This document shows positions 10,021-18,515 of a stretch of 64,000 bases of DNA, one piece after another. The stretch is from Dissulfuribacterales bacterium (GTDB lineage Bacteria; Desulfobacterota; Dissulfuribacteria; Dissulfuribacterales; DYLC01): assembly GCA_041287365.1 (NCBI GenBank), contig JBEULL010000033.1, positions 84,535 to 148,534 on the forward strand. Direction: 5' to 3'. A program made the translations under genes and the position numbers. The notes below the pieces were generated by a model, which did not search any database, was not told the DNA's origin, and was given only the letters and a program-made list of their open reading frames with translations. Every line of letters begins with the position of its first letter. Position 1 is the stretch's first letter.

Positions 10021-10572
10021 CTACTTCATGCGCATGGCGATTCCGGCTGCCACAAAAAATATCTCATCGGATATAGCTGCTATGTCCTGATGAAGCCTAC
10101 CCGCCGCATCCCGAAAACGCCTGGCAACCGGATTATCCGGCACAATGCCCAACCCAACTTCATTGGAGACCAGAATTATCTGATTCGGTACTCGCTTAAG
10201 GGCTGTGCAAAGCTCATAAAATACCTGGTCCAACGACAGTTCACAAGCCATAAGGTTGGACACCCACATGGTCAGACAATCCACCAAGACCACCGGATAC
10301 CGGCAGGAATTCAAAAGGCATCGGCTCAAATCAAGAGGTTCTTCCACAGTACGCCACAGCTCACTCCGCTCCTCCTTGTGCCTTTGAATCCGCTCCTCCA
10401 TCTCCGCATCCAAAGGTTGGGCCGTTGCCACATAAAGGGCATGAGAGCCTATGCCAGGATGCTCAGTGCCACTGAGTTCCACCAAACGCCTTTCAGCCTC
10501 CCTTAACGCCCAAGCGGTTTTGCCGCTTCTGGCACCACCTAAAATCAATATAATTCCCCTATTCATGGACAT
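10021..10572 (-). CDS. cobU: Adenosylcobinamide kinase / adenosylcobinamide-phosphate guanylyltransferase
   Basis: 183 aa. P-loop ILGGARSGKT, with the length and end motifs of the CobU/CobP family. Adjacent to cobT. Confidence 0.85.
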   Translation of the reverse strand: MSMNRGIILILGGARSGKTAWALREAERRLVELSGTEHPGIGSHALYVATAQPLDAEMEERIQRHKEERSELWRTVEEPLDLSRCLLNSCRYPVVLVDCLTMWVSNLMACELSLDQVFYELCTALKRVPNQIILVSNEVGLGIVPDNPVARRFRDAAGRLHQDIAAISDEIFFVAAGIAMRMK

Positions 10573-10616
10573 CTTTCAGCTTTTCAATCACTCACTTGAG
10601 CCCATTCTACTCACAT

Positions 10617-10817
10617 TTATTTGACCACCACAACTTGCAGACCAAGTCGATCTGTATTCAACTGCAAGTCGAGCCGTTCTGCAACATCTACATTGTAATC
10701 AACCGTTACCGCTTTTCGAAACACATCTTCAGCGAGTATCACACTCGAGGTTTTATAGACTTTTACTGCCTCGGCAACGACAACAGGCAATATGTCGAGG
10801 TCATAGGAGACCGCCAT
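10617..10817 (-). CDS. Hypothetical small protein (66 aa)
   Basis: The ORF start overlaps the stop of the upstream 67-aa ORF by 1 nt (TGATG). No recognisable motif. Confidence 0.3.
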   Translation of the reverse strand: MAVSYDLDILPVVVAEAVKVYKTSSVILAEDVFRKAVTVDYNVDVAERLDLQLNTDRLGLQVVVVK

Positions 10818-11020
10818 CAGGGCGCCGCAACCACCAAAGAGCCTCCAAAGGGCCGAATGGGCACAACGCCGACAACAATATCCTTATTGGAAGCGAGCAA
10901 TTCCCACACACTTTGAACCAATTTTTTATGCACCGCCATATCATCCCTGAAAAGGATGACCAGATTCAATGCAGACGATTCGAATGCATGTAAAGTGGCA
11001 CATACGGCCATGAAAAGCAC
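10817..11020 (-). CDS. Hypothetical small protein (67 aa, GTG start)
   Basis: ORF coupled to the 10617-10817 ORF, with no recognisable motif. The frame stays open up to 3 nt from repeat copy A. Confidence 0.3.
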   Translation of the reverse strand: MLFMAVCATLHAFESSALNLVILFRDDMAVHKKLVQSVWELLASNKDIVVGVVPIRPFGGSLVVAAP

Positions 11021-11056
11021 TGTAATAAACCCTGTTATTGAAATAGTTTTTTATAA

Positions 11057-11197
11057 GGGAAGTCCCAAAAATTAGGAGTTTTGTTAAATAGCAAGGCGCG
11101 AAAAGGCGAAAAAGCTAAGCATACTCTTCGTATGTGAGCATTTTTCGCTGACAAGCAACGCAGCTATCAGGCAAAAGAACAATTTTTGGGACTTCCC
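11057..11197 (+). mobile_element. 141-bp MITE-like palindromic repeat, copy A
   Basis: Terminal inverted repeats GGGAAGTCCCAAAAATT / AATTTTTGGGACTTCCC, flanked by the direct repeat ATAA/ATAA. Near-identical copies lie at 12770, 27615 and 48547. Confidence 0.85.
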
Positions 11198-11366
11198 ATA
11201 ATGTATTTTTTAATCCAAGACACATTTCTTCCAGGCTGTTGAAATCCAGCCGCTGAGAATATTCCGCTTATGGCCATGACATCAGGATCTATGCGCAACA
11301 TACTGCCTGCAAACAGGATTTTCATACAACATCCGCTTGCAGTCTCAAATACAGAGGGCTATCATA

Positions 11367-12440
11367 ATGAGCATGCAGATTAAAACCATCAGAGAGGTCA
11401 TAGAGGAGCGGGAGCAGCAGTTTCTGGCGCCCTATGCCACATTGAGTTCCAAAACCAGAGGCAGGGTTTCACCGATCCTTGAATGCCCCATTCGCACCGC
11501 CTTTCAGCGGGATCGGGACCGCATCCTCTATTCCAAGGCATTCCGCCGTCTGAAACACAAGACGCAGGTCTTTCTGTCTCCCATGGGCGACCACTACCGC
11601 ACCCGCCTCACTCACACCCTGGAAGTGGCGGAGATCGCCCGCACTCTATGCCGCGCCCTTCGTTTGAACGAAGACCTGGCCGAGGCCATCGCCCTGGGGC
11701 ACGACCTGGGACACACACCGTTCGGCCATGCCGGAGAAACCATACTAAACGAGATAGTCCCTGGCGGCTTTTCACACACGCAGCAGAGCCTGCGCATAGT
11801 GGAGGTGCTGGAAAACGGTGGCAAGGGCTTGAATCTCACATATGAGGTGCGTAACGGAATAGCCAAGCATTCCAAGGGGTTCGGCGATATAATTCCTAAA
11901 AACGACGATGCCTGGGCCGCAACCATAGAAGGGAAAATCGTTCGGTTGTCAGATATCATCGCATATCTCAGTCACGATTTAGATGATGCCATTCGAAGCA
12001 AGGTCATCTCGGAAAGGGATATACCGGTGGAATGCAGAGAAGCCCTCGGCCATACACACAGCGAACGCACCACCTCCATGATACGAAACGTCATAGAGGG
12101 CACGCAAATCAAAGAAGACACCATTCATCTGGGCATCACGGAACAGGGACATAAGGTGATGCTGGAACTGCGGGCATTCCTGTACGACAAAGTCTATCGC
12201 TCACCTCAGGTGCACAACGAGTTTGAAAAGGCTCGAAAGATCCTCTATGAACTCTATGAATACTTCATTCGAAATCAGGACGCCTTCTTCAGAGAACGAA
12301 AAAGGCTCTTTGAAGAAGAGATAGCCGGAGAGGCAAACACACCCTACGAACGTCAGGTATGTGACTTCATAGCCGGCATGTCCGACAGCTATGCAAAAGA
12401 CCTGTTCGTATCCATATTCGTGCCTTCACCTCATGTGTAA
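11367..12440 (+). CDS. dGTP triphosphohydrolase-like HD-domain protein
   Basis: FQRDRDRILYSKAFRRLKHKTQVF and HD motifs THTLEV...GHDLGHTPFGH place it in the Dgt-like family. ATG at 11367; the ORF track begins at a TTG at 11337. Confidence 0.85.
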   Translation: MSMQIKTIREVIEEREQQFLAPYATLSSKTRGRVSPILECPIRTAFQRDRDRILYSKAFRRLKHKTQVFLSPMGDHYRTRLTHTLEVAEIARTLCRALRLNEDLAEAIALGHDLGHTPFGHAGETILNEIVPGGFSHTQQSLRIVEVLENGGKGLNLTYEVRNGIAKHSKGFGDIIPKNDDAWAATIEGKIVRLSDIIAYLSHDLDDAIRSKVISERDIPVECREALGHTHSERTTSMIRNVIEGTQIKEDTIHLGITEQGHKVMLELRAFLYDKVYRSPQVHNEFEKARKILYELYEYFIRNQDAFFRERKRLFEEEIAGEANTPYERQVCDFIAGMSDSYAKDLFVSIFVPSPHV

Positions 12441-12467
12441 GGACTGACCATACCAATAAAGTGTATT

Positions 12468-12758
12468 TTAACCCCTTTCCATTATGTAGATTAGGTGATA
12501 GCCGAACTGTGTCTTTACAGGGCCATGCACTTTGCCGACCGGCTTGCCAAATACTACCTTGTCGAACTCCTCCACCATCTGACCTGGTGTAAACTCACCC
12601 AGATAGCCGCCGTTTTTCCCTGAAGGGCACTTGGAATACTGCTCAGCCAGACTTTCAAAGCTCTCTCCTGCCTCTATACGCTGTTTTAATGCCTCACATT
12701 CCTCTCTGGTCTCCACCAGTATATGCCTGGCCTTGGCCTTCTGTTTTATCTTTGCCAT
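12468..12758 (-). CDS. ppiC: Parvulin-type peptidyl-prolyl cis-trans isomerase
   Basis: 96 aa. ARHILV...CPSGKNGGYLGEF..GQMV.EFD...T.FGYHLI matches PpiC/Par10. Confidence 0.88.
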   Translation of the reverse strand: MAKIKQKAKARHILVETREECEALKQRIEAGESFESLAEQYSKCPSGKNGGYLGEFTPGQMVEEFDKVVFGKPVGKVHGPVKTQFGYHLIYIMERG

Positions 12759-12769
12759 CTCTTTCTCTC

Positions 12770-12910
12770 GGGAAGTCCCAAAAATTGTTCTTTTGCCTGA
12801 TAGCTGCGTTGCTTGTCAGCGAAAAATGCTCACATACGAAGAGTATGCTTAGCTTTTTCGCCTTTTCGCGCCTTGCTATTTAACAAAACTCCTAATTTTT
12901 AGGACATCCC
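12770..12910 (-). mobile_element. 141-bp MITE-like palindromic repeat, copy B (inverted relative to A)
   Basis: Its reverse complement differs from copy A at 2 positions, both in one terminal repeat. Flanked by TCTC/TCTC. Ends 11 nt from the ppiC ATG and 6 nt from the SDR stop codon. Confidence 0.85.
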
Positions 12911-12916
12911 TCTCCT

Positions 12917-13774
12917 TTATTGATCAGTTGTTTTACCACCGAAAATCGATTCACCTGGCTGCACCACACCTCGAGGCACTTCGCAGACATTGTCTCCACT
13001 CAGGACATAGCCGCCATCCAGACGAATGGTTGCGCCGGTCATATAGTCCGCCTCCTCCAGAATAAAACGCATGAGCTTTGCCACCTCTTCCGGTCTCCCT
13101 GTCCTCTTGAGCAGTGTATGCTCGATCAATGCCCGGCGTTGTTCTTCTGAAAGCACGCCCCAACCACGAGTCTGCGGGCCGTGCCTTGTCTCAAAAAGCC
13201 CTAAGACTATCTCATTTACTCGGCCGAATGGCGCCAGATCCCGCGCCCATGTCTCGGTCAGAATACCAATCCCCCTGTTGGCAGCGGAATAACAATCCGG
13301 AAATACAAGGGCTGCAGGGCCGTTTCTTCCAACTATTCCTGCAATGGAGGATATATTGATCACCGCCGCCTCCTTAGAGGCCTTCAAATGCGGCCGTGCT
13401 GCCTCGTAAAGCCTCCACTTGGCTGTCAGGGTGGTGTGAAACTCCAATTCCCACTGCTCTGGCGTATATGGCCCGTGCACCACAGGCCAACCGCCCCGCT
13501 CTATGTTGTTTATCAGAATGTCCAGACATCCGAAACGCTCCAAGGCTGCGTTTACAGCCTGATCCACCCCCTCCTGTGTGAGCAAATTGGCCTTTATCGC
13601 CACATATGGTGCACCGATCCCCTGCATGACCTCATGCATGTACGGCAGCGCTTCCTGCCAATCAAAATAGGTCAGGACACAGCGCACACCCCGCTCGGCC
13701 AGCTCCTTTGCAATGGCAAGACCTATGCCACGAATAGCCCCGGAAATCAAAGCGGTTTTGCGATACAATTTCAT
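12917..13774 (-). CDS. Short-chain dehydrogenase/reductase family oxidoreductase
   Basis: TALISGAIRGIGLAIA is the Rossmann TGxxxGIG motif, with NNIE and SS...Y..AN catalytic-region spacing. 285 aa. Confidence 0.8.
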   Translation of the reverse strand: MKLYRKTALISGAIRGIGLAIAKELAERGVRCVLTYFDWQEALPYMHEVMQGIGAPYVAIKANLLTQEGVDQAVNAALERFGCLDILINNIERGGWPVVHGPYTPEQWELEFHTTLTAKWRLYEAARPHLKASKEAAVINISSIAGIVGRNGPAALVFPDCYSAANRGIGILTETWARDLAPFGRVNEIVLGLFETRHGPQTRGWGVLSEEQRRALIEHTLLKRTGRPEEVAKLMRFILEEADYMTGATIRLDGGYVLSGDNVCEVPRGVVQPGESIFGGKTTDQ

Positions 13775-13969
13775 AAAGTATCCCTCACTATCGGCTGCAT
13801 GACAATAAAAATTACAATACTTTTATACAATATGAAATCCTAACAATCCTATTTTTAACCCTTACACCACAAAAACAACTTTATACACAAAATATAAAAA
13901 GATTAACAATAAACAGTGCTATATATATTCTTTTATCTATACGTTTTTCACTCAAAGGAGGGTATGGCC

Positions 13970-15460
13970 ATGAGAGACACAAATAACATGTGTGTGTTCT
14001 TTTTTTGCTGGCGGCGTTCGTGTCAGCCACACAGTCATCACTCGGCCTGGCTTCAGACGAGGACGACATTGCGGCTCAAAGCACTCGAGCCATATCATTC
14101 TACACCCCGCCCATCTCCATCAGCAATCTGCTTGTTTCTCCTTAGATACATCGCAAACAACTTTCATATCGATTTCTCTACGGGTTGCGACTGGTGCCCA
14201 TCAGCCATGTGGTCTCATGTTCAGAAATACATGCTGTTCGGCGATCCATCCCTGCGTGTGGGCGGCATCCCGTTCCAGCCAGCGGAGCAAAACGAGCATG
14301 TAGATCCATCCCTGCGTGTGGGCGGCATCTCCACCATTCAACGCATTGATTTTGTCGGCACCTACCAGATGGATCACGACGGCTGGCGCGGGGGTCTCAA
14401 CCTCACAAAGGCTGACGGCAATATCATAGAAAATACGCCCAATATCGGCGGCACATATACCGATGGCAACGGCAAAAAGCATACGGTGCGAGGCTATGTG
14501 CGCACAGCCGACTATCCATTGTCTCCGGCATTCGGCCCTGACCATCAGATCCGCTTCTACATAGATTTAGCAGATACTCCCACTCAAAACGATGACCAGA
14601 AATTCGAAGGCTATCTCTTCACTCGAACCAAGGACGCCATAGCAGGCATCACATGGTGGAACAACATCCCCTATGGCTTTTTTGTAAATAAAGAAGGCAA
14701 CCTTCAGGGTGGACCCCAGTTGAAAAGCGGCATTGTGACAACCAACGACTTTATAGGTGCATATTCCATGAATCACGACGGGTGGAAGGGTGCGCTGAAG
14801 CTCTGGCGCAATCCGAACACCATACATGCCATCGGCACAGATTACTGGTTGCTATTAGGGCAATACACCGATCAGAACAACAATATCCACAAGGTAAGAG
14901 GCAAGGTCAAAGAATCCGTGGCTAATCCCGTCGGCTGGGTGGACCATAAAATCGAATTCTATATAGACTTCAATAATACCCCCACCAACTTAAACGACGA
15001 CCAGAAATTCGAAGGCTATCTTTTCACTCAGACCAAGGACGGCATGGCCGGCATAACCTGGTGGAACAACACTCCCTATGGCTTCTATGCCGAAAAGGAG
15101 AGACCGCCTGCCCCGCACATATACGCCAACGGCAAGCAGCAGAGCCTGCATGTCTCGCATACCGAACCGGTGAGGATAATCGTTCAACTGGACCCGGGTA
15201 TTCTCAAAAAATCCACTTACGACTGGTGGGCGTTAGCCGCCACACCCTTCGGTCTCGTTTCCTTTGCACCACCTCAAGGCTGGCAGGAAGGTCTGAAAAA
15301 CGCCCTGCAATATGCACCGGTTGCCGTGCAGTCATATGAGCTTCTGAATCTGCCCCTGCCTGCCGGCACATACCAGATATATTTCGGACTGGATGATCAG
15401 CCCGACACTCAGCTGAATGGCAACATCTATTACGAGGGAGTGGAGGTAGTGGTCAACTGA
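13970..15460 (+). CDS. Protein with two tandem copies of an unrecognised ~140-aa domain plus a C-terminal Ig-like region; the 5' end is frame-ambiguous (possible pseudogene or phase-variable gene)
   Basis: AAGGAGGG RBS 7 nt before the ATG at 13970. Domain copies are marked by DHDGW.G.L.L ... [27 protein letters not shown] signal-peptide-like sequence sits in a different frame after a T7 tract (see findings). Confidence 0.5.
   Translation: MRDTNNMCVFFFCWRRSCQPHSHHSAWLQTRTTLRLKALEPYHSTPRPSPSAICLFLLRYIANNFHIDFSTGCDWCPSAMWSHVQKYMLFGDPSLRVGGIPFQPAEQNEHVDPSLRVGGISTIQRIDFVGTYQMDHDGWRGGLNLTKADGNIIENTPNIGGTYTDGNGKKHTVRGYVRTADYPLSPAFGPDHQIRFYIDLADTPTQNDDQKFEGYLFTRTKDAIAGITWWNNIPYGFFVNKEGNLQGGPQLKSGIVTTNDFIGAYSMNHDGWKGALKLWRNPNTIHAIGTDYWLLLGQYTDQNNNIHKVRGKVKESVANPVGWVDHKIEFYIDFNNTPTNLNDDQKFEGYLFTQTKDGMAGITWWNNTPYGFYAEKERPPAPHIYANGKQQSLHVSHTEPVRIIVQLDPGILKKSTYDWWALAATPFGLVSFAPPQGWQEGLKNALQYAPVAVQSYELLNLPLPAGTYQIYFGLDDQPDTQLNGNIYYEGVEVVVN
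14243..14329 (+). repeat. 27-bp perfect direct repeat, two copies 60 bp apart
   Basis: GATCCATCCCTGCGTGTGGGCGGCATC occurs at 14243-14269 and again at 14303-14329. Each copy encodes DPSLRVGGI. Confidence 0.9.
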
Positions 15461-15488
15461 CAATCAGAAAGAACCTTGATGTGCTCTC

Positions 15489-15528
15489 AATGCGCCGTTG
15501 GACTGAAAACCAGCGGCGCATTTCTTGT
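15489..15528 (+). terminator. Rho-independent terminator after the 13970-15460 gene
   Basis: Stem AATGCGCCG(TTGG) / (CCAG)CGGCGCATT followed by TTCTTGT. Located 29 nt after the stop codon. Confidence 0.6.
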
Positions 15529-15605
15529 ATAAAGATCATACTTTGTTTTATTCGACGGTTAAGTTATAATAGCCAAAAAATATAAAATCCGCCGAATACA
15601 AAGAC

Positions 15606-16775
15606 ATGTCATACAATACACTTCATGAAGACTCATTGCAGACCGCCCAGGATCGCTATCTCCTGCTCTTCAACAACGCCAATGACCTGATTCAGTGCGT
15701 TAGAAACGACGGGACATTTGTATATGTAAACCCTGCATGGCTCAAAACATTGGAATATACGCCGAATGAGTTACCGCATCTCACCTACCTGGACATCATT
15801 CACCCGGAAGAAAGAAACCACTGCATGGCGGCATTTGCTCAGCTTATGGCAGGAGAATTTCAGGGCAAGGTGGAGACGCGCTTTATTTCCAAAACTGGTA
15901 AGACCATCTGGGTGGAAGGGAATCTAAGTCTCACTCGAAAGGACGGCCAAGTGGTCTCCACTGTGGGGCTGTTTCGAGACATCACTGACCGCAAACGCAT
16001 GGAGGCCGAAAACGCGGCCCTTCAGGCCAGGCTTTTGGAAACCAGCAAACTTGCGGCCATAGGTCAGCTCGTCAACGGAATCGCACACAACTTCAACAAT
16101 ATCATGACCTTCGTAAAAGGAAGTCTGGAACTGATCCGCCGCCACGACCATCCCGACATAACACCCCACCTCGACCGCATGGAAAAGGGCTGCGAACAGG
16201 CCCTTTCCCTAATAGACAAGCTCATGGCCTTCAGCACAGAGCAGTGCCACACCGCTTCCTTTCCCATAGATATAAACAGCTATCTTGCAGGGCTTACAGC
16301 GCTTCGAGAACTCATTACAACCCATAACGTCTCTCTGCAACTGAAGCTGGATACCAGTCTGCCTCCTGTACTCATCAGGCCAAGTGACCTGGAACAGCTC
16401 ATATTGAACATGGCGCAAAACGCCTGCGAGGCCATGGAGGACATGCCTGACAAACAGCTTGTCATTCAAACAGAATACATGACCGTATCGAATGTAATGG
16501 ACCAGGCCGTATCCGGCGAGCAGCCATGCCTCTGTCTGGCACCTGGGCCATATATGAAACTCACTGTTCAGGACACGGGTAAAGGCATAGATAAAAACAT
16601 CATTCAGCACATCTTCGAACCCTTCTTTACCACCAAGCCCATGGGACAGGCCACAGGTCTGGGGCTTGCCATGGTATATGGTATAGTCTATGGCAACAAG
16701 GGCTTTATAGATGTCAAAAGCCAGCCTGGCAAGGGCAGCACATTTACCATCTACTGGCCGGTGAAACCCACATAA
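15606..16775 (+). CDS. PAS-domain sensor histidine kinase (soluble)
   Basis: PAS region, then a HisKA H-box (GIAHNFNNIM), then HATPase motifs (DTGKGID, GLGLAMVYGIV). Confidence 0.88.
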   Translation: MSYNTLHEDSLQTAQDRYLLLFNNANDLIQCVRNDGTFVYVNPAWLKTLEYTPNELPHLTYLDIIHPEERNHCMAAFAQLMAGEFQGKVETRFISKTGKTIWVEGNLSLTRKDGQVVSTVGLFRDITDRKRMEAENAALQARLLETSKLAAIGQLVNGIAHNFNNIMTFVKGSLELIRRHDHPDITPHLDRMEKGCEQALSLIDKLMAFSTEQCHTASFPIDINSYLAGLTALRELITTHNVSLQLKLDTSLPPVLIRPSDLEQLILNMAQNACEAMEDMPDKQLVIQTEYMTVSNVMDQAVSGEQPCLCLAPGPYMKLTVQDTGKGIDKNIIQHIFEPFFTTKPMGQATGLGLAMVYGIVYGNKGFIDVKSQPGKGSTFTIYWPVKPT

Positions 16776-16786
16776 ACCCTTCACGC

Positions 16787-17869
16787 ATGTCCACAGAACG
16801 CAGACTGCTGCCAAGAGACCCTTCAAGTGAACTCCTGAACTTCTCCTCCAATGACTACCTTGGTCTGGCCCGTGATGCATCTCTGATACAAGGTGCAATA
16901 AAGGCCATGGACCTGTGGGGAGTAGGCGCCACAGGCTCTCGACTCATGAGTGGAGACCTGACAATACACCACGAACTTGAGAAAGAACTGGCCGCATTCA
17001 AGGGCACGGAGGCTGCCCTGCTCTTCGGTGCTGGTTACCTGGCCAATACGGGTGTAATTTCCGGCCTGATATCCAGAAATGATGTGATACTGGCAGACAA
17101 ACTGGTGCATGCCAGCATTCTAGACGGCATTTTGCTCTCCAGGGCAGAATTTTACCGCTTTCGGCACAACGATATGGGACACCTGAAGGAACTCCTCACC
17201 GACCATGCAACAAACGATAAAAAGGTCTGGATAGTGGCTGAGACTCTTTATAGCATGGATGGAGACATGGCACCCATCGAAGAGTTGCTGCAGTTAAAAA
17301 GGCAATACAACGCCTGTCTGTTTCTGGATGAAGCCCATGCCCTGGGGGTCTTCGGTGAAAATGGAGAAGGTCTCGTTACAAAAGATATAGCTTGCGAGGT
17401 GGATGTAATCATAGGCACCTTTGGCAAGGCCTTTGGCAGTTTTGGAGCATTTGCGGCCTGTTCCCATGCACTAAAGCACCAACTCATCAACCACGCCCGT
17501 TCCTTTATCTTCTCCACTGCCCTTCCACCAGCAGTGGTGGGAGTGAATCTGGCGGCCTTAAGGCTCATGCCGAAACTCAAGGCCAGGCGCAAACAGCTTC
17601 AGGAAAATATGGCATTGTTGTCAGACCTTCTAAAAAGGGAACTGGGAATTGAGATGCAAAGCCGGTCACAGATTATTCCCATTATTTTGGGCGACAACGA
17701 ACGCTGCCTAAATGTGTCGCAACGCCTTTTTCATCAAGGCTTGTATGTAAAGGCCATTCGACCGCCCACCGTGCCCAAGGGCAGCGCAAGGCTGCGCATC
17801 TCCCTTACGGCCTCACATACAGCCAAAGAGATTCACACCCTGGTATCGACTCTGAAAAATGCACTCTGA
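16787..17869 (+). CDS. bioF: 8-amino-7-oxononanoate synthase
   Basis: SNDYLGL, ETLYSMDGD, DEAHALG and the PLP lysine in GTFGKAFG. 360 aa. Confidence 0.88.
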   Translation: MSTERRLLPRDPSSELLNFSSNDYLGLARDASLIQGAIKAMDLWGVGATGSRLMSGDLTIHHELEKELAAFKGTEAALLFGAGYLANTGVISGLISRNDVILADKLVHASILDGILLSRAEFYRFRHNDMGHLKELLTDHATNDKKVWIVAETLYSMDGDMAPIEELLQLKRQYNACLFLDEAHALGVFGENGEGLVTKDIACEVDVIIGTFGKAFGSFGAFAACSHALKHQLINHARSFIFSTALPPAVVGVNLAALRLMPKLKARRKQLQENMALLSDLLKRELGIEMQSRSQIIPIILGDNERCLNVSQRLFHQGLYVKAIRPPTVPKGSARLRISLTASHTAKEIHTLVSTLKNAL

Positions 17870-18515
17870 TTCACCTCTTATTGTGATACCGGGCCTGGGT
17901 TTTGCGCCTGAGATATTTCAGGGGTTTTCTCTTAAGTCTCAAATAGTATATGCACCGGACGCTCCAAGAGAAAACCTGTTGAATGAACTGAAAGAGCTGA
18001 TAAAAAGCACTCAGGGCTGCCATGTCTTGGGCTGGTCCCTTGGTGGCCTTTTGGCGCTGGAACTGAAACGACAACTGCCCGAACTAGTACACAAACTCAT
18101 TTTGATAGCGATTCGAAGGCATTTCGATACAATGGAGATTCGCGAGCAGATACGGGCGACCAAGACCGATTTTCAAAACTACCTTCGCCGTCTGTATAAA
18201 AAGTGCTTCGTGGGCCAGATGCAGCAATATGCGTGGTTCAAAAACACATTTGAGCAGGATTTTCTAAACAGGATACGGCCTGAAGAGGTGCAATGGGGGC
18301 TTCATTATTTGGCGTCAAACCCTGTAATACTTGTGAATATAAAAGGAGAAGAGTTGCTTTTGTTTCACGGAGAAAAGGACCTCATAGCCCCGCCTGACCT
18401 TATGCCGAAGATACCTCCCAAGGCGCAGGCCGTAACCTTGCCCACAGGCCATCTGCCTTTTTTGCACACGGATTTTACAGGCATCGCAAACGAATTTCTG
18501 AAAAAAACTCCATGA
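17859..18515 (+). CDS. Alpha/beta hydrolase, probable pimeloyl-ACP methyl ester esterase (BioH-like)
   Basis: Nucleophile elbow GWSLGG and a late His (PTGHLPF). Sits between bioF and bioC with overlapping junctions. Confidence 0.6.
   Translation: MHSDSPLIVIPGLGFAPEIFQGFSLKSQIVYAPDAPRENLLNELKELIKSTQGCHVLGWSLGGLLALELKRQLPELVHKLILIAIRRHFDTMEIREQIRATKTDFQNYLRRLYKKCFVGQMQQYAWFKNTFEQDFLNRIRPEEVQWGLHYLASNPVILVNIKGEELLLFHGEKDLIAPPDLMPKIPPKAQAVTLPTGHLPFLHTDFTGIANEFLKKTP

Noticed and set aside
11167-11325. A 52-aa minus-strand ORF (MKILFAGSMLRIDPDV...) runs into repeat copy A, which suggested the element had split a gene whose remainder is the 10817-11020 ORF.
   Set aside because: Removing the 141-bp element plus one copy of its 4-bp duplication (145 bp) does not bring the two ORFs into the same frame. 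Neither fragment has a recognisable motif, so this is treated as coincidence.
14588-15084. Considered whether the two similar 92-nt segments are a diversity-generating retroelement template/variable repeat pair.
   Set aside because: The 11 differences are not adenine-specific, both copies are in-frame parts of one duplicated domain, and no reverse transcriptase gene is in the window.
16209-16898. A 229-aa minus-strand ORF opposite the PAS kinase and the bioF start. Similar long antisense ORFs occur at 52850-53716 (opposite cheA), 50288-50953 (opposite cheB/cheR) and 7655-8329 (opposite the GT-C gene).
   Set aside because: All are antisense to genes with strong family motifs. None has a motif of its own, and their composition is typical of reverse-frame translation of moderately GC-rich coding DNA.
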